Virus record (IMG/VR): IMGVR_UViG_3300032236_001024
Span: 128,001-192,000 of that record
Source: a virus
Lineage: Duplodnaviria; Caudoviricetes
Strand: one strand, 5' to 3'
DNA: 64,000 nt
The notes below the pieces were generated by a model. The model was not told where the DNA came from and did no database searches. It worked only from the letters and a program-made list of their open reading frames with translations. The translations under genes were made by a program, and so were the position numbers. This document shows, piece after piece, positions 53,157 through 62,456 of this stretch; the first letter of the stretch is position 1, and each line of letters opens with the position of its first letter.

Positions 53157-53753
53157 TCAACTTCCATCATCTTCGTCGAGATTTTCTTCGTCCTCGTCTT
53201 CCTTATTCCATTCCTTCCAATTTTCGTAGTCATCCTCAAGGTTGAAATCTTCAATCAGGCTCTCAGGAATGTCATCACGCCAATCTTCATCCTCAAAGTC
53301 AACATTGTAACATTCATCGCCATCTTCGCTGGTGTAGATACCAACAAAAGACATACCTTCCTCACGATACTTAAGCTCAACAATAAAACCAAGGTCTGTG
53401 AGTGCTTCCATAGCTGTCACAGGTGGAGACCATGCAGATTGGAACCATCCTGTGGCGGATTTGGTCTCAGGATCATAATCAAACTCTCCTTCCGCAATTT
53501 CCCACTTTGTTCCCCAATTTTCGACACGCCATGAGTACCAGCTTGCATGACCAAACTTTTCGAGATTTTCAGCCTCCAAAGCCTTAGCACGATCATTGTA
53601 ACCTTCGCCAATCCCAACTTCAACAAGAAGTTCAGGAGGACAAGGAACAAATTCGTTCAGGAAATTTCCTTCCTTAAACGCTTTATCAAGACGCTCCATC
53701 ATAGCGGGGTCTTCATGTGAGATATGAATTGAATTGTCGCACCAGTTAGGCAT
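53157..53753 (-). CDS. YubB/DUF1281 ferredoxin-like domain protein
   Basis: MPNWCDN, WYSWRVENWGTKWE, F.SAWSPP, Y.EEG..F.G. Confidence 0.85.
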   Translation of the reverse strand: MPNWCDNSIHISHEDPAMMERLDKAFKEGNFLNEFVPCPPELLVEVGIGEGYNDRAKALEAENLEKFGHASWYSWRVENWGTKWEIAEGEFDYDPETKSATGWFQSAWSPPVTAMEALTDLGFIVELKYREEGMSFVGIYTSEDGDECYNVDFEDEDWRDDIPESLIEDFNLEDDYENWKEWNKEDEDEENLDEDDGS

Positions 53754-53764
53754 AGGTTCTCTCC

Positions 53765-53998
53765 TTAGTTTGTATAACGGAAATAGCAGTCAACGATATC
53801 TTTCAGTTGTTGATCTGCTTCATAGTAATAGTCCTCATCCATGATGGCAAGAAGAATCTCTTCATAATCATCTGTTGAAAGATGATTCTTCAAAACCTTT
53901 AGATATTTCTGACCTGTATCAGTATTCCTCACCTCTTCCTCAAGAGGATCATACATAGGCTGTTCAGCCATCTTTGGGAATTGCACAACATTGCTCAT
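53765..53998 (-). CDS. hypothetical protein
   Basis: 77 aa coupled ORF. Confidence 0.7.
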   Translation of the reverse strand: MSNVVQFPKMAEQPMYDPLEEEVRNTDTGQKYLKVLKNHLSTDDYEEILLAIMDEDYYYEADQQLKDIVDCYFRYTN

Positions 53999-54231
53999 TC
54001 TTCAAACTCCAGATTAAAGTGTTTAGCAATCATTTCTGATGGGAGGAATGTATCATATTCCTCAGTAAGTGCCAAGTCAGAAACTTCCACACATTCCTGA
54101 ATGATCAATTCAGCAAAATCTCGAAGGATATCGTTGATTGAACCAAACATATCGCCAACATAGGCTTTGTCTCCTTCAATCATGAATCCAGCTTCGTTTG
54201 CAATTTCCAACAGTCGATCCATTTTCATCAC
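53995..54231 (-). CDS. hypothetical protein
   Basis: 78 aa, FAELIIQEC pattern. Confidence 0.7.
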   Translation of the reverse strand: MMKMDRLLEIANEAGFMIEGDKAYVGDMFGSINDILRDFAELIIQECVEVSDLALTEEYDTFLPSEMIAKHFNLEFEE

Positions 54232-54566
54232 GCAGCCACCTTATCACGAAAGTTAACACGGAACTTCATCATCTTCAAGTTATCCTCAGTGCCGCAAATC
54301 TCAACACGCTTGTAGGCATACATGTCCATATACTGAATCATGATCCAAGGAACGATGGTTCCAGCAGCGTTGAGACCCAGACGCATATCGACAACCTCAC
54401 CACGCATCAGACCAGCTGAACTGGTATAGCGAACACGATCACCAAGCTTCACGCCACCAACCTTGTCCACATTGTAGGAATTCGTATCCATGACCATCTC
54501 CATCAGTTGATGATTGATATTAGCATACCCACAAACGGTGTCAACTGTTTTTTTATTCAGGCGCAT
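54228..54566 (-). CDS. hypothetical protein
   Basis: 112 aa coupled ORF. Confidence 0.7.
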   Translation of the reverse strand: MRLNKKTVDTVCGYANINHQLMEMVMDTNSYNVDKVGGVKLGDRVRYTSSAGLMRGEVVDMRLGLNAAGTIVPWIMIQYMDMYAYKRVEICGTEDNLKMMKFRVNFRDKVAA

Positions 54567-54777
54567 CCGTAGGAGGTGATGTGCGTATGTCTGTTAGACC
54601 ATTTTCAGCACATTCGTCTGGATATTTTGCCCACATTTCGCCAAAAAGCACCATGCGGACTGCATCTGCACCATGAATGTCAATCACATCAGAATACAAC
54701 ACAACCGCATTGTAATACTGATCGAATGACCAAAAATCTCTTACGTTAACATTTTGTTCTACAATTTCTTCGTCCAT
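54553..54777 (-). CDS. hypothetical protein
   Basis: 74 aa; EMWAKYPDEC shared with the upstream ORF. Confidence 0.7.
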   Translation of the reverse strand: MDEEIVEQNVNVRDFWSFDQYYNAVVLYSDVIDIHGADAVRMVLFGEMWAKYPDECAENGLTDIRTSPPTDAPE

Positions 54778-54787
54778 TAGTCAACCC

Positions 54788-54955
54788 CTATCTTGGAAGA
54801 GAAACGAAATTATCTTCGCATTCTCTAGGGTATTTAGCCCACATTTCCGTCAGCATGGTCTGGACAGCATAATCCACTCCCGGCACATCTGAGATTTCAG
54901 CAAGGAAGATGATCTCTTCCATATATTCAGAGAACTTCCAATCACTGCGCTTCAT
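54788..54955 (-). CDS. hypothetical protein (55 aa; not in ORF track)
   Basis: MKRSDWKFSEYMEE...EMWAKYPRECEDNFVSLPR. Confidence 0.65.
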   Translation of the reverse strand: MKRSDWKFSEYMEEIIFLAEISDVPGVDYAVQTMLTEMWAKYPRECEDNFVSLPR

Positions 54956-55125
54956 GACAATTTATCCTGTTCAATAGTAATAATTTGAAACCAAATGAAC
55001 TGAGCCTCACGCTCAAATTGCTGAGTTGTAGCTTCAGAAAAGTCCAAAACCATGTTCTGGAATACCTTACGAGCAGCAGCTTCATCGCAGTTGAAAAGGT
55101 TCATGATTTGCTTGATGTAGATCAT
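54952..55125 (-). CDS. hypothetical protein (57 aa; not in ORF track)
   Basis: AGGAGAG RBS; MIYIKQIMNLFNCDEAAARKVF...LDFSEATTQQF. Confidence 0.65.
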   Translation of the reverse strand: MIYIKQIMNLFNCDEAAARKVFQNMVLDFSEATTQQFEREAQFIWFQIITIEQDKLS

Positions 55126-55139
55126 TGTTCTCTCCTATA

Positions 55140-55334
55140 TTAGCGAGGGGCGAAAGGATTGTGGTCCTTGAAGTCGATGGTATACAAGTCCATGCTCTCA
55201 CGATAGTACTGATCTTCCAGCTTGTCAAGAATTTTCATAGCTTCATGGTAGTCATTCAACTGAATTTTCTGATCAACACTGTAACGCTTGGTCTTACGAT
55301 TCATGACCTTGCAGATGATGGTGTAGCGAGACAT
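55140..55334 (-). CDS. hypothetical early protein (start MSRYTII)
   Basis: GGAG RBS; promoter directly upstream. Confidence 0.65.
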   Translation of the reverse strand: MSRYTIICKVMNRKTKRYSVDQKIQLNDYHEAMKILDKLEDQYYRESMDLYTIDFKDHNPFAPR

Positions 55335-55359
55335 TTGCTTTCTCCGTTGTTGATGATCA

Positions 55360-55388
55360 TTTATATGATAAAAACAGGGTGGTGTCAA
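55360..55388 (-). promoter_or_regulatory. early sigma70-type promoter
   Basis: TTGACA-N17-TATAAA. Confidence 0.75.
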
Positions 55389-55711
55389 GCGGCTTTTTTA
55401 GCCGCTTCTTCAGAAAGTTGCTTCCAGTACTTGACGATACGAGGAGTACCACGAACGTCAGTCCTAAGCCACTGATTTACCTGCCATTCCAGCAGCGTAC
55501 CATGTTTGATGAAATACTTGGCAGTGATCGAACCTTGACGAGCATCAGCCTGCGTAAAACCACGATTATTCTGATGCGTAGCAGCATTCACAACCTTTTC
55601 GTCCTCAGTCTGGCGACGAAACAGAGCAACACAGGCTCGACCAACAATGCGAGTCAGCTTTTCCTGATCAGCGGTTTCGATCATGTTGAGAAGAGAGTTC
55701 TTGGTAAGCAT
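55385..55711 (-). CDS. hypothetical early protein (start MLTKNSL)
   Basis: GGAG RBS; RQTEDE...N.RGF..ADA pattern. Confidence 0.7.
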   Translation of the reverse strand: MLTKNSLLNMIETADQEKLTRIVGRACVALFRRQTEDEKVVNAATHQNNRGFTQADARQGSITAKYFIKHGTLLEWQVNQWLRTDVRGTPRIVKYWKQLSEEAAKKAA

Positions 55712-55736
55712 TGGTATCTCCATCAGTTGATGATCT

Positions 55737-55765
55737 TTTATAGACCATGATGGAATTTGTGTCAA
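55737..55765 (-). promoter_or_regulatory. early sigma70-type promoter
   Basis: TTGACA-N17-TATAAA. Confidence 0.75.
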
Positions 55766-55767
55766 AC

Positions 55768-55794
55768 AAAAAAATAGCCCCGAAGGGCTATTTT
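55768..55794 (-). terminator. intrinsic terminator after regA
   Basis: AAAATAGCCC-TTCG-GGGCTATTTT plus U-tract. Confidence 0.85.
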
Positions 55795-55809
55795 GCAATT
55801 ATTTTTTTA

Positions 55810-56214
55810 TTAATATTTGTTACCAATTGTGTATTTTGTAACAAGATTCCACTTGTCTTTTTCCTTGAAAGGAATGATCTTGATCTGGTTCAATGGTGAT
55901 TGCAATTCATCCACCTTGTCTGGATCAACAATATCGAGCAATTCCCATTCTTCTAAAAGAGTGACAATCCTGTTGCGTCTGGCAACATCACTCTCTGCTA
56001 GTGTGGAATCTTTTCCATCAAGCAAAAATAATTCCTTGAAGTGAACTATGTAGTATTTCCCCTGCTTATGAAGAATGTGGCAGGATTGATATAGAGTATT
56101 TTCTTTTTTTGAGGCTAGACCAATACGAGAAAGGGTTTCTTTAATTTTCAAGAAATCTTCTGGATTCTTTAATCTAACTTCCACCAATTGATTGAGATTG
56201 AACATTATTACCAC
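55810..56214 (-). CDS. regA: translational repressor RegA
   Basis: FLKIKETLSRIG.AS, LYQSCHILHKQGKYYIVHFKELF.LDG. Confidence 0.97.
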   Translation of the reverse strand: MVIMFNLNQLVEVRLKNPEDFLKIKETLSRIGLASKKENTLYQSCHILHKQGKYYIVHFKELFLLDGKDSTLAESDVARRNRIVTLLEEWELLDIVDPDKVDELQSPLNQIKIIPFKEKDKWNLVTKYTIGNKY

Positions 56215-56593
56215 CTTTTATTAATTTTCTTATTATCAGGTCCAATTGCTCATTAGTCAGTACATTACCAATTTCACGAGCCTTTGCATAGTTTACGTTA
56301 TAATATTCCATGATGGCTTCAATCTTAGGTTCATCCTCTTTTTTATGCCACTTAGAATACCTTTTGCCTTTTCGTATACTATTTAGGTAATAATCATTTT
56401 GAAGTTTGTTATCAACATTGGGATACATGTTAATCTCATTGGCATACATAACAGTATCTTTATAATAAGAAAAAGCCTTATTAATAACATAAGGCTTGTA
56501 GAAAGTTTCAGCAAGATCAGGATTTTCAGAATCCCTAATCAGGTCTTGTTTGCTATCATTAATTGCTTTGACAAAATCAAACGGATTCATCAT
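56174..56593 (-). CDS. 62: clamp loader small subunit gp62
   Basis: NPFDFV..IN, Y.PY.IN, KR.SKW.K; synteny. Confidence 0.92.
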   Translation of the reverse strand: MMNPFDFVKAINDSKQDLIRDSENPDLAETFYKPYVINKAFSYYKDTVMYANEINMYPNVDNKLQNDYYLNSIRKGKRYSKWHKKEDEPKIEAIMEYYNVNYAKAREIGNVLTNEQLDLIIRKLIKGGNNVQSQSIGGS

Positions 56594-57528
56594 TCAAACT
56601 CAATGTCGATCATGATGCGTGTGAATGCAGCAACAAGATTGATTTCAGGATCAGCCACAAACGCAGCTTTATATTGATATTCAGCCAAGATCAAAACCAA
56701 CTCTGGGATAGAGTTAGATTTAACAACATCATTAGACATATCATAAAGCTTACGGAATGTGGTGGTAGTATCAGTATCAGAATTCTCTGCTACCCATTTA
56801 CGCATTTCACCAAAGTTTTTATTCTTTAAATGATTAACCAAAACTTTGATATTATCGTTTGAGGGGTTAACAAAAATACCAGTATCAATAGAACCATTAA
56901 CGGAGTATCTTTGGAGTTCGTTGATAACTCTTCGCCAATCAGGTACGTGCTTAGAAATAAGTTCAGCGACAACAGACTTATCAAAAGTAATTCGCTCAGT
57001 ATTGAGAACATGTATAATCCTTTTCATAAATTGAGAAGCAAGCTTTGGAAGATCATCCTTCGTAATCTTAAACTCTATGACTGAACAGCGAGAATGTAGC
57101 GGTTCAATGATTCTGTTCTTAAAATTGCAAGTGAGGATGAAACCACAATTCTTTGAGAATTCTTCCATAAAATTTCGCAAAGCTGGTTGTGTGCTGTTTG
57201 CGTTGAGGTAATCAGCTTCGTCCAAGATGACATACTTTCTGCTTCCAGTAAAAGACACTGTGGATGCAAAACTGAGGATTTCGTTGCGAAGGGTATCAAT
57301 ATTTCCATTCATACTTCCATTAATTACAATATAATCAGCATCAATCTGATCAAGCATAGCACGAGCAACTGTTGTCTTACCAACACCAGCTGAACCAGAC
57401 AAGATCAAATTAGGGATATCATTTTGAGAAACGAAAGCCCTGAAGGTCTCTTTAAGACCATCAGGTAAAATGCATTCGTCAATAGTCTTGGGTCGATACT
57501 TTTCTACCCAGAGAAATTCATCAAGCAT
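56590..57528 (-). CDS. 44: clamp loader large subunit gp44
   Basis: LWVEKYRP, GSAGVGKT, LDEADYL, LHSRC. Confidence 0.97.
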   Translation of the reverse strand: MLDEFLWVEKYRPKTIDECILPDGLKETFRAFVSQNDIPNLILSGSAGVGKTTVARAMLDQIDADYIVINGSMNGNIDTLRNEILSFASTVSFTGSRKYVILDEADYLNANSTQPALRNFMEEFSKNCGFILTCNFKNRIIEPLHSRCSVIEFKITKDDLPKLASQFMKRIIHVLNTERITFDKSVVAELISKHVPDWRRVINELQRYSVNGSIDTGIFVNPSNDNIKVLVNHLKNKNFGEMRKWVAENSDTDTTTTFRKLYDMSNDVVKSNSIPELVLILAEYQYKAAFVADPEINLVAAFTRIMIDIEFE

Positions 57529-57540
57529 TTGATTTTCCTA

Positions 57541-58206
57541 TCAAGAGTTGTACTTGGATTCTGCCTCAGTCATTACGAAATATTGAATATTATCGCCAGT
57601 GAATGATGAAATACCTTTTGAGTTAATCTTAATATCATAACTCAAAGGAAGCAACTTAACAAGATACTCAACACGGAAAACCATATTAAAAATCTTTTCA
57701 GTTGGTCCAACTTCAATGCTAAATGTATCAGATGTTGGATTCCTAGAATTGATAGCACAAACCTTAATAGTTTTACCATCACCAACAACTGCAATATTAG
57801 GAACTTGAAGAACTGCAGCTGCTTTCAATACCTTATGAAAATCATAATGATTGATAGAAAACTCAACATCAGCTGGGTCAACAACAATCTTCTTATCTTC
57901 TGGAGGCGCAATGATTGATGAAACATCAGCATATGTATAATTAACAACCTGATTGCCAGAAGCAATCGTTAGTTGATGATCACCAAAATCAATATCATGA
58001 TCTTGGAAAAGAGAAAGAACGCCAAGAAACTTTGGCAATTCATAGATTGCAAACTGTTGAGGAAAACTCTCCTCAACAACTGCAGTGGCGTAAATAGACC
58101 TTTGAGTACCAACAGTCTTAAGAACATTTCCCGGTCGCACCAAAATAGAACCATTGATGCTAGAAAAGTTTTTCAAGATATTGATAGTATTTTCACTGAT
58201 TTTCAT
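57541..58206 (-). CDS. 45: sliding clamp gp45
   Basis: MKISENTINILKNFSSIN, F.IYEL..FL; synteny. Confidence 0.95.
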   Translation of the reverse strand: MKISENTINILKNFSSINGSILVRPGNVLKTVGTQRSIYATAVVEESFPQQFAIYELPKFLGVLSLFQDHDIDFGDHQLTIASGNQVVNYTYADVSSIIAPPEDKKIVVDPADVEFSINHYDFHKVLKAAAVLQVPNIAVVGDGKTIKVCAINSRNPTSDTFSIEVGPTEKIFNMVFRVEYLVKLLPLSYDIKINSKGISSFTGDNIQYFVMTEAESKYNS

Positions 58207-58229
58207 AATATAGTATTCCTTTTCACGAG

Positions 58230-59195
58230 TTAGATAGGCTTGAACTTCTTCAACATTTCAGGACTTGCGATTGTATCTATTGGTATAGCCTTTGGAACTG
58301 TCGGAACTGGTGCTGCAACTTTTGGAACAGCAGCGCCGGGTTTAAACTTATTCAAAAGGTCTGCATCAGCAGTAGCAGAAGCGCCAATAGATGCAAGTGC
58401 GGGAAGCTTACCAGAAAATACATATGTACCAGCATGTTGCAAGTGCATCCATGGGCACAACCAAACCTTCATTCCCATCTGACGAACATTCTGACAGAAC
58501 ATATAATCTTCTGAAAGATAACGACGAGTCTTAGGGTCAATGATACAATCAAAGTAAGCATGGATTTCACGAGAACCATCAAACTCTGCAGTGCGAACAT
58601 GGTCTGGCTTATAAGAGTACTGAGGATAATGCTGCCTGTACTTGTCGAATGTAGGACGACGAATCATCATAAATCCAGTACCAGTCTCTAACACTTCTGC
58701 AGGTTCGTCAAGTCGAATTGTCTTGCTCGTCACACCATCTTCCATTGCTGGATTGAAAACAAAGTCACCAACAAAATCTTCAAGAGCATTAGGATTCTTA
58801 TCTGCAGCACCAGCATTAACTGCCTGCAAAATCTTTTCCCATGTAATACACTTCTTAGGATAAGGTCCAGCAATAACATCATAAGGCGAATCCTCATCCT
58901 GTAATGCCATCAATGCAATAACATCTTTTGGATCAAATCCAATATCAGAGTCGATGAACAAAAGATGATGAGCATCTGAACGCAAGAATTCATCAACACA
59001 ATAGTTTCTTGCACGAGTGATTAATGACTCATTAAAAAGAAAATAAGAACGGATTTCAATTCCATACCTTACACACATAGCAGTCAAATCACACATAGAC
59101 CTAGTGTAAATACCACCAGCAACACCACCATACATTGGTGTTGCTACAAATAGCTTTCTATTTCTTAGCTTTTCAATATCAATTTTAATTTCCAT
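58230..59195 (-). CDS. conserved GT-A-like hypothetical protein
   Basis: ATPMYGG, NESLITRARN, LFIDSDI, TGFMMI, YLSEDYMFC. Confidence 0.75.
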   Translation of the reverse strand: MEIKIDIEKLRNRKLFVATPMYGGVAGGIYTRSMCDLTAMCVRYGIEIRSYFLFNESLITRARNYCVDEFLRSDAHHLLFIDSDIGFDPKDVIALMALQDEDSPYDVIAGPYPKKCITWEKILQAVNAGAADKNPNALEDFVGDFVFNPAMEDGVTSKTIRLDEPAEVLETGTGFMMIRRPTFDKYRQHYPQYSYKPDHVRTAEFDGSREIHAYFDCIIDPKTRRYLSEDYMFCQNVRQMGMKVWLCPWMHLQHAGTYVFSGKLPALASIGASATADADLLNKFKPGAAVPKVAAPVPTVPKAIPIDTIASPEMLKKFKPI

Positions 59196-59197
59196 TA

Positions 59198-59587
59198 TTA
59201 TTTTCCTCTATAATGATCAACATAAAGACACATCATAACATAATGTAATGCCTTCATCAAGTCTGCTTTGTTGTTTCCGTTCTTTTTTCCATATCGCCAG
59301 AGATACTTGAGTGCTGTATTCCTGAAAGTGTCTGTGGAGTTACCAAGTGCAATCCACGCATCAAAGCATTCGATTGACTCTTCATCTGTCTTGTAATGCT
59401 GAGAATAGGTTGCGTCGATGTAATCTTTGAAATCCGCAATGATATCTCCTTCTGCATACTTATAATAAAAATTATTCCCATGTCTTTCTGGGATATACTT
59501 ATTTTCAAAAGTGAACGTCACTTCTGGTTCAGGCATATTCTCATACGCTTCTTCTACTTGCTTATATGCAATATCTTTCTTCACCAT
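59198..59587 (-). CDS. DUF3310-like protein
   Basis: YIDATYSQHY, LKYLWRYGKKNG, DLMKALHY. Confidence 0.75.
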   Translation of the reverse strand: MVKKDIAYKQVEEAYENMPEPEVTFTFENKYIPERHGNNFYYKYAEGDIIADFKDYIDATYSQHYKTDEESIECFDAWIALGNSTDTFRNTALKYLWRYGKKNGNNKADLMKALHYVMMCLYVDHYRGK

Positions 59588-59600
59588 AATATAAATCCTT

Positions 59601-59984
59601 TCACAAAGTAATACAGTCTCTTAGAATTCTTTCAACATCAGGTGGTTCCCAACCTTCTGGCTTTTGAACCTTACCATCTGCACGGCGAATAACCTTACCA
59701 TCAACAAGCTTCGCCATGTTAGAAGCATGTACTTCTTCAAAAACATCATCAAGAGGAATGCCATAAGAAACAGCAGTTCCACAAATAATATAAATCATAT
59801 CAGCAAGAGCATCAGCAACTTCTACAAGATCATTATTAAGTTCTGCTACAACATATTCTGTATACTCTTCTGCAAGAAGCTTCTTACGAAGTTCACGTTC
59901 TTCTTTAGAAGGAAATTCTGGCTTCTCACCAACACGTTGCTCAAAAGCTCGTTGAAAAGCTCGCACATCTGTAAACATACTCAT
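59601..59984 (-). CDS. MazG-like nucleotide pyrophosphohydrolase
   Basis: EEYTE, EVADALAD..Y, EVHASNMAK, GKVQKP. Confidence 0.88.
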   Translation of the reverse strand: MSMFTDVRAFQRAFEQRVGEKPEFPSKEERELRKKLLAEEYTEYVVAELNNDLVEVADALADMIYIICGTAVSYGIPLDDVFEEVHASNMAKLVDGKVIRRADGKVQKPEGWEPPDVERILRDCITL

Positions 59985-60259
59985 TACTTGACTCCTTTTG
60001 ACATATCTTCGAATTTAGCACCTTCTGTGAGAAGGCGATTAACTTCATCAGATATCATCTTTTCAACTTGTGGGGTGATTTCCGATTCTTTCAGCTTATA
60101 CGCTGTTGTCTTGTCATTGTCAATCTTATATATATCCGCTAAGATATAAAGTCTACCACTTTCCTCATCTTCTTTAATAAATTCATCATCTGGGAAAGTT
60201 ACGAAATAATCACCAAGTCTAAATCCCGGTCTCTTATCTTTGCTTATTTCTTTTACCAT
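59984..60259 (-). CDS. hypothetical protein
   Basis: 91 aa coupled ORF. Confidence 0.7.
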   Translation of the reverse strand: MVKEISKDKRPGFRLGDYFVTFPDDEFIKEDEESGRLYILADIYKIDNDKTTAYKLKESEITPQVEKMISDEVNRLLTEGAKFEDMSKGVK

Positions 60260-60740
60260 TTAATTTCTCCATTTTCTTGAACGCTTGTTCTCTATGAATA
60301 CGATTTGCTCTTTTATGAAATAAAATACCATTCAAATGATCCAACTCGTGTTGAAAAACTCTGGCAGTCAAACCATCAAATACTTTAGTTACAATAGTAC
60401 CAGATGGTGTCTGAAAACGAACACGAATTTGTTTTGGTCTCTTTATCTTAATAAGAAGGTTTGGATAAGAAAGACAACCTTCTTCTAAAACAATTTGTTC
60501 TTCTTCCATATGAACAATACGAGGATTGAAACAGACAAAATTTTCTGGATGACCACGCATCACAAATACACGATGTAACTTACCAATCTGATTGGCAGCA
60601 AGACCAATACCATTATTTTCATTCATAATCGTCATGAGTTCTAATGCAATATCATTAGGATTATCAGGCGAATTTGTGAAATCAAACTCAGGAATAATAG
60701 TAGTTAAAAATGGATCATTACCTTTAATAATTTCTGTCAT
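60234..60740 (-). CDS. def: peptide deformylase
   Basis: GIGLAANQIG, EGCLSYP, QHELDHLNG. Confidence 0.96.
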   Translation of the reverse strand: MTEIIKGNDPFLTTIIPEFDFTNSPDNPNDIALELMTIMNENNGIGLAANQIGKLHRVFVMRGHPENFVCFNPRIVHMEEEQIVLEEGCLSYPNLLIKIKRPKQIRVRFQTPSGTIVTKVFDGLTARVFQHELDHLNGILFHKRANRIHREQAFKKMEKLNGKRNKQR

Positions 60741-62449
60741 TATGCAATCCTCGAAAAATTCTGACTCTTTTCAAACTTAATCACCTGATTAAATTTATCA
60801 AACAACTGATCAGTCTTATGGCTTATGATAAACGTATTTGTATCATTTGTCAAGTTCGTCAATATCTTCATGAATTCATTTGTTCCATTAACATCAAGTG
60901 AACTATCCATCACTTCATCCATTATAAGAATATTAGTGCTGGCACTATTACGCATCTTGGCAACCGCTCTCCATGTAAAGAGAATAGCCAAGTTAATACG
61001 CATTTTTTCACCTTCAGAGAATGAAGCATAAGAAAATTCATCACGAAAGCGAGACTTAATTTTCTCATTGAATGTCTCGTCCAATTCAAACTGAACAAAG
61101 AAATCCATAGCAGAAAGATACTTATTGATTAGTTTATTGATGACAGGAACATACTGCTTGATGATACGTGCTTTAATACCACTATCTTTCAAGATAAGAG
61201 AAGCAACTTGTAAGGAATCCTTAAACCTTGCCAGTTCACTTTTTTCTTCAATATAACTTTGAAGATCAATCTCAAGCTGCTTCATCTTATCATCAGACAC
61301 ATGTTCATCTGTCTTCTTATTAAGTTCTTCTATCTGCTTATTGAGTTTGACAATATATGCTTTATGTCCATTAGCAGTATTGATATGTGCTGCTTGTTTA
61401 ATCTTTAAATCAGTGATCTTCTTTTTTGTTTCATCAATAGTGATGATGTGATCGTATACTTTTGTCAATTCAACTTTTAATTGCTCAAGACCATCTTTCG
61501 TTTCTTCAATTGAATTATTTTTTTGATGAATAGTATCCGTCTTAAAACTTTCTTCAATAGATTGTTTGCATGTAGGACAATTATCATGCTTATGATAGAA
61601 ATCAATCTCTTGTTTGTTCTTGTTTATCTTATCATTCAATTGACGTTCTAGAATGACTATCTTTTGTTGTTTATTACGAATCTTTGCTTCATCATCAATG
61701 TCACTTAAATGACTACCAATTTCATGATTTAATTCATCAATCATAAATGTTTCTGATGCAATCAAAGCATTAGTTTCTTCTATCTCTTTCTTAATCTTCT
61801 CTATCTGTTCTACGGTATTATCACGCATCTTAGATGCGAGTAGATTTTCCATTCTGATTTTTTCAGATGTGAGATTGTAATTATACTCTGCTTGTTGAAG
61901 AGCCTTAATATTTTCAGTAATATCATCCTTGAGCAGAGAATTCATTGTAGAGAAGATTTGAATATCCAAAAGGTCTTCAATAACTTCTCTACGTGCTTGT
62001 GCTGCCAACTGCATAAATGGAGTGAAAGATGCAGAGCCTAGCACAACTACCTGACAGAAAGACTTATGATTCAGTTTAAGAATCTGCGTCTCAAGAATCT
62101 CTTGATAGTCTTTCGATTCGGCATTTTGATTTAATAGATTGTCATTCTGATATACTTCAAACACAGTAGGCTTTATACCACGAATGACTTTATATGAAGC
62201 AGAACCAATATTAAACTCAACCTCTACCACAAGTTCTTTTTTGTTGATAGAGTTGAGCAATTGAGGCTTATTGATTTTACGAAATGGTTTGTTGTATAAG
62301 GCAAACGAAAGTGCATCAAGCATTGTTGATTTGCCTGATCCATTCTCACCTACAATCAATGTGGTGTTTGACTTATCAAGTTGAATTTCGGAAAAAGCAT
62401 TCCCAGTGGAGAGAAAGTTTCTCCATTTTAAATTACGAAATATTATCAA
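60740..62449 (-). CDS. 46: recombination endonuclease subunit gp46 (SbcC/Rad50-like)
   Basis: GENGSGKST, CPTC zinc hook, FSEGEK, MDEVMDSSLD. Confidence 0.97.
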   Translation of the reverse strand: MIIFRNLKWRNFLSTGNAFSEIQLDKSNTTLIVGENGSGKSTMLDALSFALYNKPFRKINKPQLLNSINKKELVVEVEFNIGSASYKVIRGIKPTVFEVYQNDNLLNQNAESKDYQEILETQILKLNHKSFCQVVVLGSASFTPFMQLAAQARREVIEDLLDIQIFSTMNSLLKDDITENIKALQQAEYNYNLTSEKIRMENLLASKMRDNTVEQIEKIKKEIEETNALIASETFMIDELNHEIGSHLSDIDDEAKIRNKQQKIVILERQLNDKINKNKQEIDFYHKHDNCPTCKQSIEESFKTDTIHQKNNSIEETKDGLEQLKVELTKVYDHIITIDETKKKITDLKIKQAAHINTANGHKAYIVKLNKQIEELNKKTDEHVSDDKMKQLEIDLQSYIEEKSELARFKDSLQVASLILKDSGIKARIIKQYVPVINKLINKYLSAMDFFVQFELDETFNEKIKSRFRDEFSYASFSEGEKMRINLAILFTWRAVAKMRNSASTNILIMDEVMDSSLDVNGTNEFMKILTNLTNDTNTFIISHKTDQLFDKFNQVIKFEKSQNFSRIA

Positions 62450-62456
62450 GGAAACC

